Virus record (IMG/VR): IMGVR_UViG_3300024275_000012
Span: 1 to 43,227 of that record
Origin: a virus
Lineage: Duplodnaviria; Caudoviricetes
DNA length: 43,227 nucleotides
Reading direction: 5' to 3' (one strand)
Shown here: in pieces, positions 7,747 through 15,720 of the stretch
Layout: every line of letters starts with the position of its first letter
Numbering within the stretch: the stretch's first letter is position 1
Program-made: the position numbers and the translations under genes
Notes under the pieces: model-generated
The model's input: the letters and a program-made list of their open reading frames with translations, nothing else
Told to the model about the DNA's origin: nothing
The model's database searches: none

Positions 7747-9504
7747 GTGAAGCTCACCGCCGCCGACCTCGCCACCAGCCTCATTGCCCCCAGCATCGTC
7801 ACCGGCGCCGCCCTCATCGCCGAATGGCAGTACGGAACTCACGCCGCCGTTGCCGAGTTCGTCACCGCGCTGGCCACCGGGAAGCTCGCCTTCGTCAGCT
7901 TCGCCCGCAAGTGGTCGCCGTCCCTGTCCTGGGGTGCGCTCGCGATGGCGGGCGCGTTCACACAGGCAGGCGTCACCACCATTGGGGGCGCCGGGCCTAC
8001 GGCCTACGCGTGGCTGGTCTCCGCGGCCACCGCTGTCGCTGCCCGCCTGGTGTACAAGCACCACACGCGACACGACGAGTTGAAGCTGAACATGGAGGCC
8101 GTGAAACTCCAGACTGCGCTGGTCGGGCAGCAGATCCGACAGCAGCAGCTCGTCAAAATGACCGCGCCCGCGCCCATCGTTGCGGGTCCGGATCTGTCCG
8201 GGCGGACCGTCGAGGAGCAGCAGCTGCGCACCGCGGTGTGGGACACCCTGAAGGCCGAGCTGGCAGGCTGCTTCGTCGAGGCCACCGATGTGGGGTGGAA
8301 GGCGGTCCTGGACTGCCCGCCGTCCCTGGACCGGGCGACGTTGCGTTCCCGGTGGCCGAAGGTGGCCGGGGCGATGCGCGTCGACGGGGCGTTCCACCTC
8401 GACGACGGGCCGCTGACCAGCCAGTTGGTGGTGAACTACATCGACGGCGACCCCCTGGACGCGGCGGTGCCTTACGAGTCGGAGCGTGGTGCGACGTTCC
8501 TCGATCCGGTGGTGATCTCCCGCGACGAGTTCGGGCAGCCCGTCGCGATCGAGATGGCGTACTCCCACACCCTGATCGCCGGGTCGTCGAAGTTCGGGAA
8601 GTCCACGCTGGTCAGGCTGATCGCGATCCGTCTCGCCGGGCGCCCGGACACTGTCCTGTACGGGGTGGACATGAAGCCCGGCAGCCCGGAGCTGTCGCCG
8701 ATGCTGCCGATCCTGCAAGACCTCGCCTCCACCCCGGAGGAGGCGCACGCCCTCATGGACTGGATGCGGCAGGAACTGGACGAGCGCGGCGCGATCCTCT
8801 CCGACCACGGCGACCAGGAGTGGATCCCCGCCAAGCACGGCCGGCCCGCCGTGTACGTCATCGTCGACGAGCACGCCGAGCTGGTCCGCCAGGGCGACAA
8901 GGATCGGAAGAAGGGCGAGCGAATCAGCGACAAGGTGGAGTCGTTCCTCGCGCTGAACAGGGCGTATGGCATCCACATGATCTCGGCGACGCAGCAGCCG
9001 TCGTCGGGGGTGTTCGGTGGGAAGACCGACGCGCGCGGCAACTATGCGATCCGGATCTCCACGCGGATGAACGACCGGGCTCACGCGATGTTCGTGTTCG
9101 GCCGCACCTCCGGCTACAACCCGGGCGACCTGACGAAGCCGGGCGAGATCCTCGTCAACACCCCGGACCATGGGCGGCCGTTCAGGTCGCGGGTGCAGTG
9201 GCTGCGGGGCGAGGACTTCCGGCGTGAGGTGGCCCGGCTGGCGCGGGAGACGGCGAAGGCCCCGGTCGGGAAGCGGCTGATCCTGCCCGTGCCCGGCGCC
9301 ACGAACCAGGAGAAGGTGCGAGCCGCGCTGGCCAAGTACGGCAACGTGACCCGCCGCGAGCTGGAGGCCGCGACCGGACTGGAGGAGAAGCAAGTCCTTG
9401 ACGCGGCCCGCGCTCTCGGCCCGGACGTCGAGCGGTGCGCGGACACACAGACGTGGCGGATCGTGCCCGCCTCCGCATGGGAAGCGCAGGCCGTCGCGAG
9501 CTGA
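7747..9504 (+). CDS. traB: FtsK/SpoIIIE-family DNA translocase, Streptomyces TraB-like
   Basis: N-terminal TM helices, Walker A GSSKFGKS, GVDMK, Walker B YVIVDE, ATQQP, C-terminal winged-helix-like segment (VTRRELEAATGL). Confidence 0.8.
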   Translation: MKLTAADLATSLIAPSIVTGAALIAEWQYGTHAAVAEFVTALATGKLAFVSFARKWSPSLSWGALAMAGAFTQAGVTTIGGAGPTAYAWLVSAATAVAARLVYKHHTRHDELKLNMEAVKLQTALVGQQIRQQQLVKMTAPAPIVAGPDLSGRTVEEQQLRTAVWDTLKAELAGCFVEATDVGWKAVLDCPPSLDRATLRSRWPKVAGAMRVDGAFHLDDGPLTSQLVVNYIDGDPLDAAVPYESERGATFLDPVVISRDEFGQPVAIEMAYSHTLIAGSSKFGKSTLVRLIAIRLAGRPDTVLYGVDMKPGSPELSPMLPILQDLASTPEEAHALMDWMRQELDERGAILSDHGDQEWIPAKHGRPAVYVIVDEHAELVRQGDKDRKKGERISDKVESFLALNRAYGIHMISATQQPSSGVFGGKTDARGNYAIRISTRMNDRAHAMFVFGRTSGYNPGDLTKPGEILVNTPDHGRPFRSRVQWLRGEDFRREVARLARETAKAPVGKRLILPVPGATNQEKVRAALAKYGNVTRRELEAATGLEEKQVLDAARALGPDVERCADTQTWRIVPASAWEAQAVAS

Positions 9505-9532
9505 CAAAACAGCAGGTCAATGACTGTGCGGC

Positions 9533-9620
9533 GGGGTCGGATAGTGGGTCGGACTCCGCCGCATCACGGGTCGGGCGCAGGCCCTCGGCTTGACGCCCAT
9601 CCGACCCTGGATCCGACCCC
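9533..9620. repeat. clt-like locus of 8-bp GGGTCGGA/TCCGACCC repeats
   Basis: GGGTCGGA at 9534 and 9546, GGGTCGGG at 9568, TCCGACCC at 9600 and 9612, directly after the traB-like gene. Confidence 0.6.
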
Positions 9621-9641
9621 TTCCATCAGGAGGAGAACACC

Positions 9642-9944
9642 ATGGGATACGCGTACTACGAGATCACCCGCAACGGCGAGAAGATCGAAGCTGGCTACAG
9701 CGTCGAGACCGTCTGCGAGGCGAAGGAGGGCTGCGGCGAGAAGATCGACCGCGGCCTCGCCCACCTCTGCGGTGCCCAGCCCGGCGGCGACGAGTACGGC
9801 TGCGGCGGATACTTCTGCGGGCATCACCTCTACGGCTCCAGCGTCCCTATCGCCGGGGGACTGTGCGCCTCATGCCGCGACAAGCAGGAGCAGGAGGAGG
9901 AGGGCGATCCTGCTGCCGCCACCGGGCTGGTCCTGCCACACTGA
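9642..9944 (+). CDS. Cys-rich hypothetical protein
   Basis: AGGAGG RBS; GCGGYFCxxH and CxxC motifs. Confidence 0.75.
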   Translation: MGYAYYEITRNGEKIEAGYSVETVCEAKEGCGEKIDRGLAHLCGAQPGGDEYGCGGYFCGHHLYGSSVPIAGGLCASCRDKQEQEEEGDPAAATGLVLPH

Positions 9945-9975
9945 GGTCTACGCGCCGGGTAGCGCCCGGCATAAC

Positions 9976-10008
9976 GAGCCCCCGCCGTCCCCCGTCGGCG
10001 GGGGCTTC
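9976..10008 (+). terminator. GC-rich hairpin terminator
   Basis: AGCCCCCGCCG...CGGCGGGGGCT inverted repeat after the gene. Confidence 0.6.
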
Positions 10009-10082
10009 GCCCATTCCTGTCCCGCACCGTCGGTGCCGGCCGCTACGATCCGCCCCATTCACCACACGTCCTTGGGGGGACC

Positions 10083-10328
10083 ATGAGCCGCCGTAACGGG
10101 ATCATCCTGCTGTCTGTCATCGCCGTCGTCGTGATCACCATCACCGTGATCGCGTGGGTGCGAGGGCGGGCCTACGACGACAAGGTCGCGGCCTGCCGGA
10201 ACGCGTTGACGGAGTCGTCGTCGCAGACGAACCGGCCGTCCGCGTGCGAGGGCGTGAAGGCGGACGACTACGACGCGCTGCTGATCTCGTGGTCGTTGAA
10301 GCATGCGTTCGACGGCAGCACTGGCTGA
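10083..10328 (+). CDS. Small membrane-anchored or exported protein (moron-like)
   Basis: Basic N-terminus plus TM helix, two Cys, flanked by hairpins. Confidence 0.7.
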   Translation: MSRRNGIILLSVIAVVVITITVIAWVRGRAYDDKVAACRNALTESSSQTNRPSACEGVKADDYDALLISWSLKHAFDGSTG

Positions 10329-10341
10329 CCTGCCGCGTGCA

Positions 10342-10375
10342 GAGGCCCCGCTCCGGAATCCCGGGCGGGGCCTTC
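10342..10375. terminator. Bidirectional hairpin terminator
   Basis: AGGCCCCGCTCCGG-AATC-CCGGGCGGGGCCT between convergent genes. Confidence 0.6.
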
Positions 10376-10393
10376 GTCATGAGGTGGGCTACC

Positions 10394-10606
10394 TCAGGGC
10401 CGGATCTCGAACACCTCAGCCACGGCGCCATCATCGCGTGCCTCAAATCGGCCGGTGGCGACAGCGACCGAGTCTCCCCATTGATACGGCCCGTGCTGCT
10501 CGGGCAGCGTTGCCCGGTCGAACCACTTGCCGTCCAGGCCGCGCGGCAGGAATCCCGGCGGCAGGTTTGGGGCGGCGCGCACGACGATGTAGTCCGGCTC
10601 GCTCAC
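10394..10606 (-). CDS. Hypothetical protein
   Basis: GTGA-coupled to the upstream minus-strand gene; GAGGAG RBS. Confidence 0.65.
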   Translation of the reverse strand: MSEPDYIVVRAAPNLPPGFLPRGLDGKWFDRATLPEQHGPYQWGDSVAVATGRFEARDDGAVAEVFEIRP

Positions 10607-10779
10607 GGCGTCGGCTCCTCACCCGCGCGCGCCGGGCCCGCGTCGGAGACCAGGCCGGGGAACGGGCGGCCGATGGGCAGCACGCGTGCCCGTGGTTCCA
10701 GCGGCCGGGACTCGGCCGTGAGTACGAAGTGCTCGGCGTCCAGGTACAGGGTGTCGACGGGGCTGGGCTGCTCGCTCAT
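10603..10779 (-). CDS. Hypothetical protein (58 aa)
   Basis: ATGA coupling with the RHH gene; AAGGAG RBS. Confidence 0.55.
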   Translation of the reverse strand: MSEQPSPVDTLYLDAEHFVLTAESRPLEPRARVLPIGRPFPGLVSDAGPARAGEEPTP

Positions 10780-11027
10780 ACGGTCGGCTCCTTCTTTGGC
10801 CGGCCGCCCTTGCGCGCGCGCCGTTCGGCCAGCTCCTGTTCGGCTGCTGCCAGTTCGGCGCGCTCGCCTTCGTTGCCGTGCTGCTCGATGAACGTGCGGA
10901 CGTGGTCGACGAGGTCGGTGCTGCGGTCGATTCCTTGTCGTTCGGCGGCTGTTCCGTAGGCGTCCCACATGCGGCGGGGGATGCGGAAGCGGGTGACGAA
11001 GGTGTGGTCGGTGGGGTCGGCTGCCAT
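10776..11027 (-). CDS. Ribbon-helix-helix DNA-binding protein
   Basis: TRFRIPRRMWDAYGTAAERQGIDRSTDLVDHVRTFI fits the RHH strand-helix-helix pattern. Confidence 0.7.
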   Translation of the reverse strand: MAADPTDHTFVTRFRIPRRMWDAYGTAAERQGIDRSTDLVDHVRTFIEQHGNEGERAELAAAEQELAERRARKGGRPKKEPTV

Positions 11028-11035
11028 GCCTTCCA

Positions 11036-11103
11036 TGTTGCCACAGAGTTTCTCGCTCGAACAGCTTGTGTAGCCACACAGTTAGCGATACTGTGTAGCC
11101 ACA
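11036..11103. promoter_or_regulatory. Operator repeats TGT(A/T)GCCACA in a divergent promoter region
   Basis: TGTTGCCACA 11036; TGTGTAGCCACA 11067 and 11092; overlaps TTGTGT-N17-TACTGT. Confidence 0.7.
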
Positions 11104-11127
11104 AGGAAGCGAGCAAGGGGGCCACTG

Positions 11128-11517
11128 ATGAAGCACACGGCGAACGAGAACACCACCCAGACCCTCACCCGCCTCATCAAAGCCCTCGACGCCAAGCACC
11201 CCGTCACCATCACCTACGTCAAGTCCGACGGCAGCACCACCATCCGCACCATCGAGATCTACGACATCGTGGTCAGCGCCGCCGGCGACATCCTCCTGAA
11301 GGCCATGGACCGCGAGAGCGGCGAGTCCCGCTCCTTCCGCCTCGACCGCCTCGTCTCGTACACGGTCCACCGCACCGAGTACACCGTCGCCCGGCCGGCC
11401 TCCGACGAGCCGAAGGCCCGCCCCGCCCACGGCCTCGCCACCGTCACCGTCCTCTACCCGGTCGACTGCCCCATCACCGCCCGCGTCCAGATGCTGGCCG
11501 ACGCCCTCGCCGCATAG
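11128..11517 (+). CDS. Stand-alone WYL domain protein
   Basis: VTITYVKSDGSTTIRTIE...AMDRESGESRSFRLDRL WYL signature; no HTH. Confidence 0.8.
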   Translation: MKHTANENTTQTLTRLIKALDAKHPVTITYVKSDGSTTIRTIEIYDIVVSAAGDILLKAMDRESGESRSFRLDRLVSYTVHRTEYTVARPASDEPKARPAHGLATVTVLYPVDCPITARVQMLADALAA

Positions 11518-11526
11518 GAGCCCGCC

Positions 11527-11826
11527 ATGCTGAATCCGATCATCCGCTGGGAGCCCGGCACCCTCGTCCGCTACCACGGCAGCCTCGCCGACCTGCACGG
11601 CGTGTACGCGGCCCACCCCTGCGACTGCCTGCGCTGCGAGGACCCGATCCTCGGCAGCGCCCGCTTCCAGCTCATCGACGAGCAGGACGCGGTCGTTGCG
11701 ACCTGCGTCCGGGCCGGGTCCATCACCCCCACCGACGATGAGGGTGGCGAGGACCTGCACGAGGAATGCGCCGGCATCCACCGCAGCGCGGACGGCTACC
11801 GCGACTGCGACGGCAACCCCATCTGA
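11527..11826 (+). CDS. Hypothetical Cys-containing protein
   Basis: AGGAG RBS; CDCLRC motif. Confidence 0.65.
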   Translation: MLNPIIRWEPGTLVRYHGSLADLHGVYAAHPCDCLRCEDPILGSARFQLIDEQDAVVATCVRAGSITPTDDEGGEDLHEECAGIHRSADGYRDCDGNPI

Positions 11827-11840
11827 CCCCGCACACGCCA

Positions 11841-11872
11841 AGGGCCCGCTCTCGCCACCGGGAGCGGGCCCT
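11841..11872 (+). terminator. Hairpin terminator
   Basis: AGGGCCCGCTCTC...GGGAGCGGGCCCT. Confidence 0.65.
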
Positions 11873-11925
11873 CGCCCGTGTGCGCACCACCGTCCACCAG
11901 TTGCACACCTCGTTACCATCAGACC

Positions 11926-12459
11926 ATGGATACCGGTAACGAGCCACCCGTACCGGCCGACAACACCGGCCACGCCGGGGGCGACTTCACACGCGACGGC
12001 AAAGGCCGCTTCACCTACGAACTCACCACCGCCCAACGCGACGCCCAAGCAGCCGAACTCCGCGCCGAGAACTGGACCCTCCAGGCCATCGCGACCGAGC
12101 TCGGCTATCACGACGCCAGCCACGCCCGCCAAGGCATCCGACGTGCCCTCCGCGAGATCGTCCGTGGGCCGGCCGAGAAGCTGATCGCCATGCACCTCCA
12201 GCGGCTGGAGTCCCTGTACGAGATCGCCATGGACGTTGCGGACGCCAAGCACGTCGTCGTCTCCCACGGCAGGATCGTCGTCGGAGAGGACGGCCAGCCG
12301 CTCACCGACCACGGCCCGAAGCTCGCCGCGGTCCGCGAGGCGCGCGCCACCCTCAACAGCTTCTGGGACCTGACCGGGATGAAGCAGCCGACCAAGGTGG
12401 AGCACTCCGGCGGGGTGAAGTACGAGATCGTGGGCGTCAGCCCGCAGGACATCGTATGA
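11926..12459 (+). CDS. Terminase small subunit (HTH type)
   Basis: WTLQAIATELGY HTH; coupled to terL; -10 TACCAT 6 nt before the ATG. Confidence 0.7.
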   Translation: MDTGNEPPVPADNTGHAGGDFTRDGKGRFTYELTTAQRDAQAAELRAENWTLQAIATELGYHDASHARQGIRRALREIVRGPAEKLIAMHLQRLESLYEIAMDVADAKHVVVSHGRIVVGEDGQPLTDHGPKLAAVREARATLNSFWDLTGMKQPTKVEHSGGVKYEIVGVSPQDIV

Positions 12460-13778
12460 CCGAGGCCGGCACCGTCGTCCGGTACGAACCACGCGGCGGC
12501 GCCAGGGAACTGCTCGGCGCACGCGATCAAGAGATCTGCATCGCCGGCCCGGCCGGCACTGGCAAGAGCCTGGCCATGCTTCAGAAGGCGTTCTACACCA
12601 GCCTCATGATGCCCGGATGCCGGTCCCTCATCGTCCGGCAGACTCACGCCGCACTGACAGGGTCGACGCTGGTCACGTTCGAGCAGCAGGTCGCGACAGC
12701 CGCGCTCGCCGAGGGCGTCGTCCGCTGGTTCGGAGGCAGCCCGCGGAAGCCCCCGGCCTACCAGTTCGCCAACGGGGCGGAGATCCTGGTCGGCGGACTC
12801 GACCGGCCCGAGAAATTTCTCAGTACGGAGTTCTCGCGGATCTACGTGGACGAGGCCACCCAGATCAGCCTCACCGCGCTGGAGACGCTGATCACCCGCC
12901 TGCGCGGCAGCGCGGACACGTACCGGCAGATCGTCCTCGCCTGCAACCCGGACCACCCGAAGCACTGGATCAAGCAGCGGTGCGACGAGGGCACCATGCG
13001 AATGATCCACTCCCTGCACCGCGACAACCCCCTGTACGTCGACGTAGACGGCACCCTCACCGCGCGCGGCGTCGACTACATGGCCAAGCTCGACGCCCTC
13101 ACCGGAGTGCGCCGGCTGCGCTACCGCGATGGAATCTGGGCGGCCGCCGAGGGCCTCGTCTATGAGGGCTGGTCGGATCCCGTCCACGTCATCGAGCCGT
13201 TCGACGTGCCAGCAGGGTGGGTTCGCTGGATCAGCATTGACTTCGGGTACACCGCGCCCTTCGTAGCGCAGCTGTGGGCAGAGGATCCGGACGGGCGCCT
13301 GTACTTGATCCGGGAGTGGGTGCGTAGCCGGATGCTCGTCGAGGACCACGCCGTCGTGATCCGTGACCGGCTCCTGAAGGGTCAGCCGCGACCGCGCGCC
13401 ATCATCACCGACCATGACGCAGAGGACCGGGCGACGCTCGAACGACACTTGGGCATGTCGACGGTCGCCGCGAAGAAGACCGTCTCGGACGGGATCCAGG
13501 CGTTCCAGTCCCGGCTGAAGGTCCAGGGCGACGGGCGGGCGCGCTTGTACGTGTTCCGGGACGCGCTCCTCGAACGGGACCCGGAGATGGATGCCGCGTC
13601 GCTGCCGATCGGGGTGGCTGAGGAGGTGGCGGGCTACGTGTGGGCGGTGAAGCCGGGCAACAAGGGCGGGCTGAAGGAGGAGCCGGAGAAGGCCAACGAT
13701 CACTCGATGGATGCGGGCCGCTACATGGTGGCGGAGCGGGATCTGGGTGGTCGGCCGCAGCTACGGTTCGTGGGTTGA
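12456..13778 (+). CDS. terL: Terminase large subunit
   Basis: Walker A GPAGTGKS, Walker B IYVDEA, CNP, IDFGY, DHSMDAGRY. Confidence 0.95.
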   Translation: MTEAGTVVRYEPRGGARELLGARDQEICIAGPAGTGKSLAMLQKAFYTSLMMPGCRSLIVRQTHAALTGSTLVTFEQQVATAALAEGVVRWFGGSPRKPPAYQFANGAEILVGGLDRPEKFLSTEFSRIYVDEATQISLTALETLITRLRGSADTYRQIVLACNPDHPKHWIKQRCDEGTMRMIHSLHRDNPLYVDVDGTLTARGVDYMAKLDALTGVRRLRYRDGIWAAAEGLVYEGWSDPVHVIEPFDVPAGWVRWISIDFGYTAPFVAQLWAEDPDGRLYLIREWVRSRMLVEDHAVVIRDRLLKGQPRPRAIITDHDAEDRATLERHLGMSTVAAKKTVSDGIQAFQSRLKVQGDGRARLYVFRDALLERDPEMDAASLPIGVAEEVAGYVWAVKPGNKGGLKEEPEKANDHSMDAGRYMVAERDLGGRPQLRFVG

Positions 13779-13792
13779 CGGGAGGATTTGCG

Positions 13793-13972
13793 GTGAACTG
13801 GCAGAAGCTCGCACTACGACTGAAGAATTTGCGGTCAGCCGCCTATTTGACAGGAGGATTTACACTGATCTCGACTGGGCTCGGTATGCGCTTCGGTCTA
13901 TGGCTTGGGCTGCTCATCGCCGGGGTCCTCGCCGTCCTGTACGAGCACCACCTGAGCCGCTCAGCCAGATAG
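13793..13972 (+). CDS. Small membrane protein between terL and portal
   Basis: GGGAGG RBS, GTG at 13793, two hydrophobic helices. Confidence 0.65.
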   Translation: MNWQKLALRLKNLRSAAYLTGGFTLISTGLGMRFGLWLGLLIAGVLAVLYEHHLSRSAR

Positions 13973-13988
13973 CCCGAGGGGAGGGAAG

Positions 13989-15581
13989 TTGAGCGACAGC
14001 TTCCTTACCTCCCTCGCCACCGCAGCCACCACCTTCCGCAACCGCGCCCCGATCGCCCTCGCCCCCAACGGCGGCCGCTCCGGACTGCTGTCGAGCATCG
14101 TCCGCCCCGCCGGCCAGGAAGCGCAGATGCGCGCCATGGGCAGCGTGGGCACCCTGTTCGCGATCGTCGAGCGGATCACCACCGCCTACTCGCAGGTCGA
14201 ATGGCACCTCTACCGCAGCGCCAAGAGCGGCCGCGACGAGGACCGTGTCGAAGTCACCTCACACGCGGCCCTCGATCTGTGGCAGCAGCCCAACTCGTTC
14301 ATGACGGGGCCGATGTGGCGTGAGGCGACGCAGCAGCATGAGGAGCTGACGGGCGAGCAGTGGTGGGTGATCTCCCGCGACGAGCGCAGCAGCATCCCGC
14401 TGGAGCTGTGGTTCGCCCGCCCCGACCGCATGACCCCCATCCCGGACCGCGATAAGTTCCTGTCCGGGTACGTGTACTCCAGCCCGACAGGCGAGCAGGT
14501 CCCCCTCGGCATCAACGACGTCATCATGCTGCGCCGGCCGAACCCGCTGGATCCGTACCGAGGGTGGGGTCCGGTGCAGACCCTCCTCGCCGACCTCGAC
14601 TCCAGCAGGGCCAGCGCCGAGTGGAACGCGAACTTCTTCCGCAACAGCGCGCAGCCCGGCGGCATCGTCCAGGCCGACCAGCGCCTCTCCGATGACGAGT
14701 TCAACGAGTTCCGTGACCGCTGGAACGAACAGCACCGCGGCGTGTCCAACGCCCACCGGATCGCCGTGCTGGAGAACGGCCTCAAGTGGGTCGACCGCTC
14801 GTACTCGATGGCGGACATGCAGTTCGCCGAGCTGCGCAACGTGTCGAGGGAGATCATCCGGGAAGCGTTCGGCTTCCCCAAGCCCATGTTGGGCACGGTC
14901 GACGACGCGAACCGGGCGAACATGGAAGCGGCGAACGACATGCTCGCCCGCTGGCTCATCCGCCCCCGCCTCGAACGCATCCGTCAGGCCTTGAACACCA
15001 GGCTTCTCCCCATGTACGGGCGTCTCGGTGAGGGCCTGGAGTTCGACTTCGAGGACCCGGTCACCGGGGACGTCGAGCTGGAATCCAAGCAGCTCACCGC
15101 GCGGGCCAACGCGGCGCAGTCCCTCGTGCACGCGGGCTACGACCAGCAGAGCGTCGCCTCCGCAGTCGGCCTGCCCGACATGGGCTTCCGGGATCCGCGC
15201 GAGCAGCTCCTCGTCGACATCGTCCGCGGCGCCCCGAGCACCGCCCCGGTGATCCTGCCGCTGCTGGGCTTCGACATCGACGTAAGCAAGCTCGCCCCGG
15301 CCGCATCGAACTCCTGGGCCGACGCGGTGGCCGGGCTGCTGGGCGAGGGCCCGGCGGAGATTGAGGCGGCGCAGCGGTGGGTGGTGCAGATCGTCGATGA
15401 CGGCGACACCTGCCACAACTGCCGTGAGCAGCAGGGCCGCACCTACAAGAACCGTGAGCAGGCGTACCGGGACTACCCCGGCGGCGAGGGCTACGTCCGC
15501 TGCGAGGGCGTGCAGTACGGCAACTTGTGCCGCTGCAAGGTCGTGAAGCGAGGCCGCAAGGGCGGTGGTGGCGATGAGTAA
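13989..15581 (+). CDS. Portal protein (HK97-like) with a C-terminal MuF-like Cys motif
   Basis: NFFRNSAQPGG, DMQFAELR, IREAFGFP; tail W..VDDGDTCHNC...NLCRC. Confidence 0.9.
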   Translation: MSDSFLTSLATAATTFRNRAPIALAPNGGRSGLLSSIVRPAGQEAQMRAMGSVGTLFAIVERITTAYSQVEWHLYRSAKSGRDEDRVEVTSHAALDLWQQPNSFMTGPMWREATQQHEELTGEQWWVISRDERSSIPLELWFARPDRMTPIPDRDKFLSGYVYSSPTGEQVPLGINDVIMLRRPNPLDPYRGWGPVQTLLADLDSSRASAEWNANFFRNSAQPGGIVQADQRLSDDEFNEFRDRWNEQHRGVSNAHRIAVLENGLKWVDRSYSMADMQFAELRNVSREIIREAFGFPKPMLGTVDDANRANMEAANDMLARWLIRPRLERIRQALNTRLLPMYGRLGEGLEFDFEDPVTGDVELESKQLTARANAAQSLVHAGYDQQSVASAVGLPDMGFRDPREQLLVDIVRGAPSTAPVILPLLGFDIDVSKLAPAASNSWADAVAGLLGEGPAEIEAAQRWVVQIVDDGDTCHNCREQQGRTYKNREQAYRDYPGGEGYVRCEGVQYGNLCRCKVVKRGRKGGGGDE

Positions 15582-15720
15582 CGTCACCGTCCCGTCCCAA
15601 CTCCACCGGTCTGCACGGTCGTTGACCTGCGGAAACGGTAGAATCAGCCGTAACAACAATGGACCCCGGCGAGTGCTACCAACACTCCCGGGGCGTGGCC
15701 GATCTGCTGAGGAGATCGAC

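Noticed and set aside
7747-9504. FtsK protein as a type VII secretion EccC or HerA-type defence ATPase
   Set aside because: One ATPase domain with N-terminal TMs and a C-terminal wHTH-like segment, no WXG100 or nuclease partner operon; the context fits TraB better
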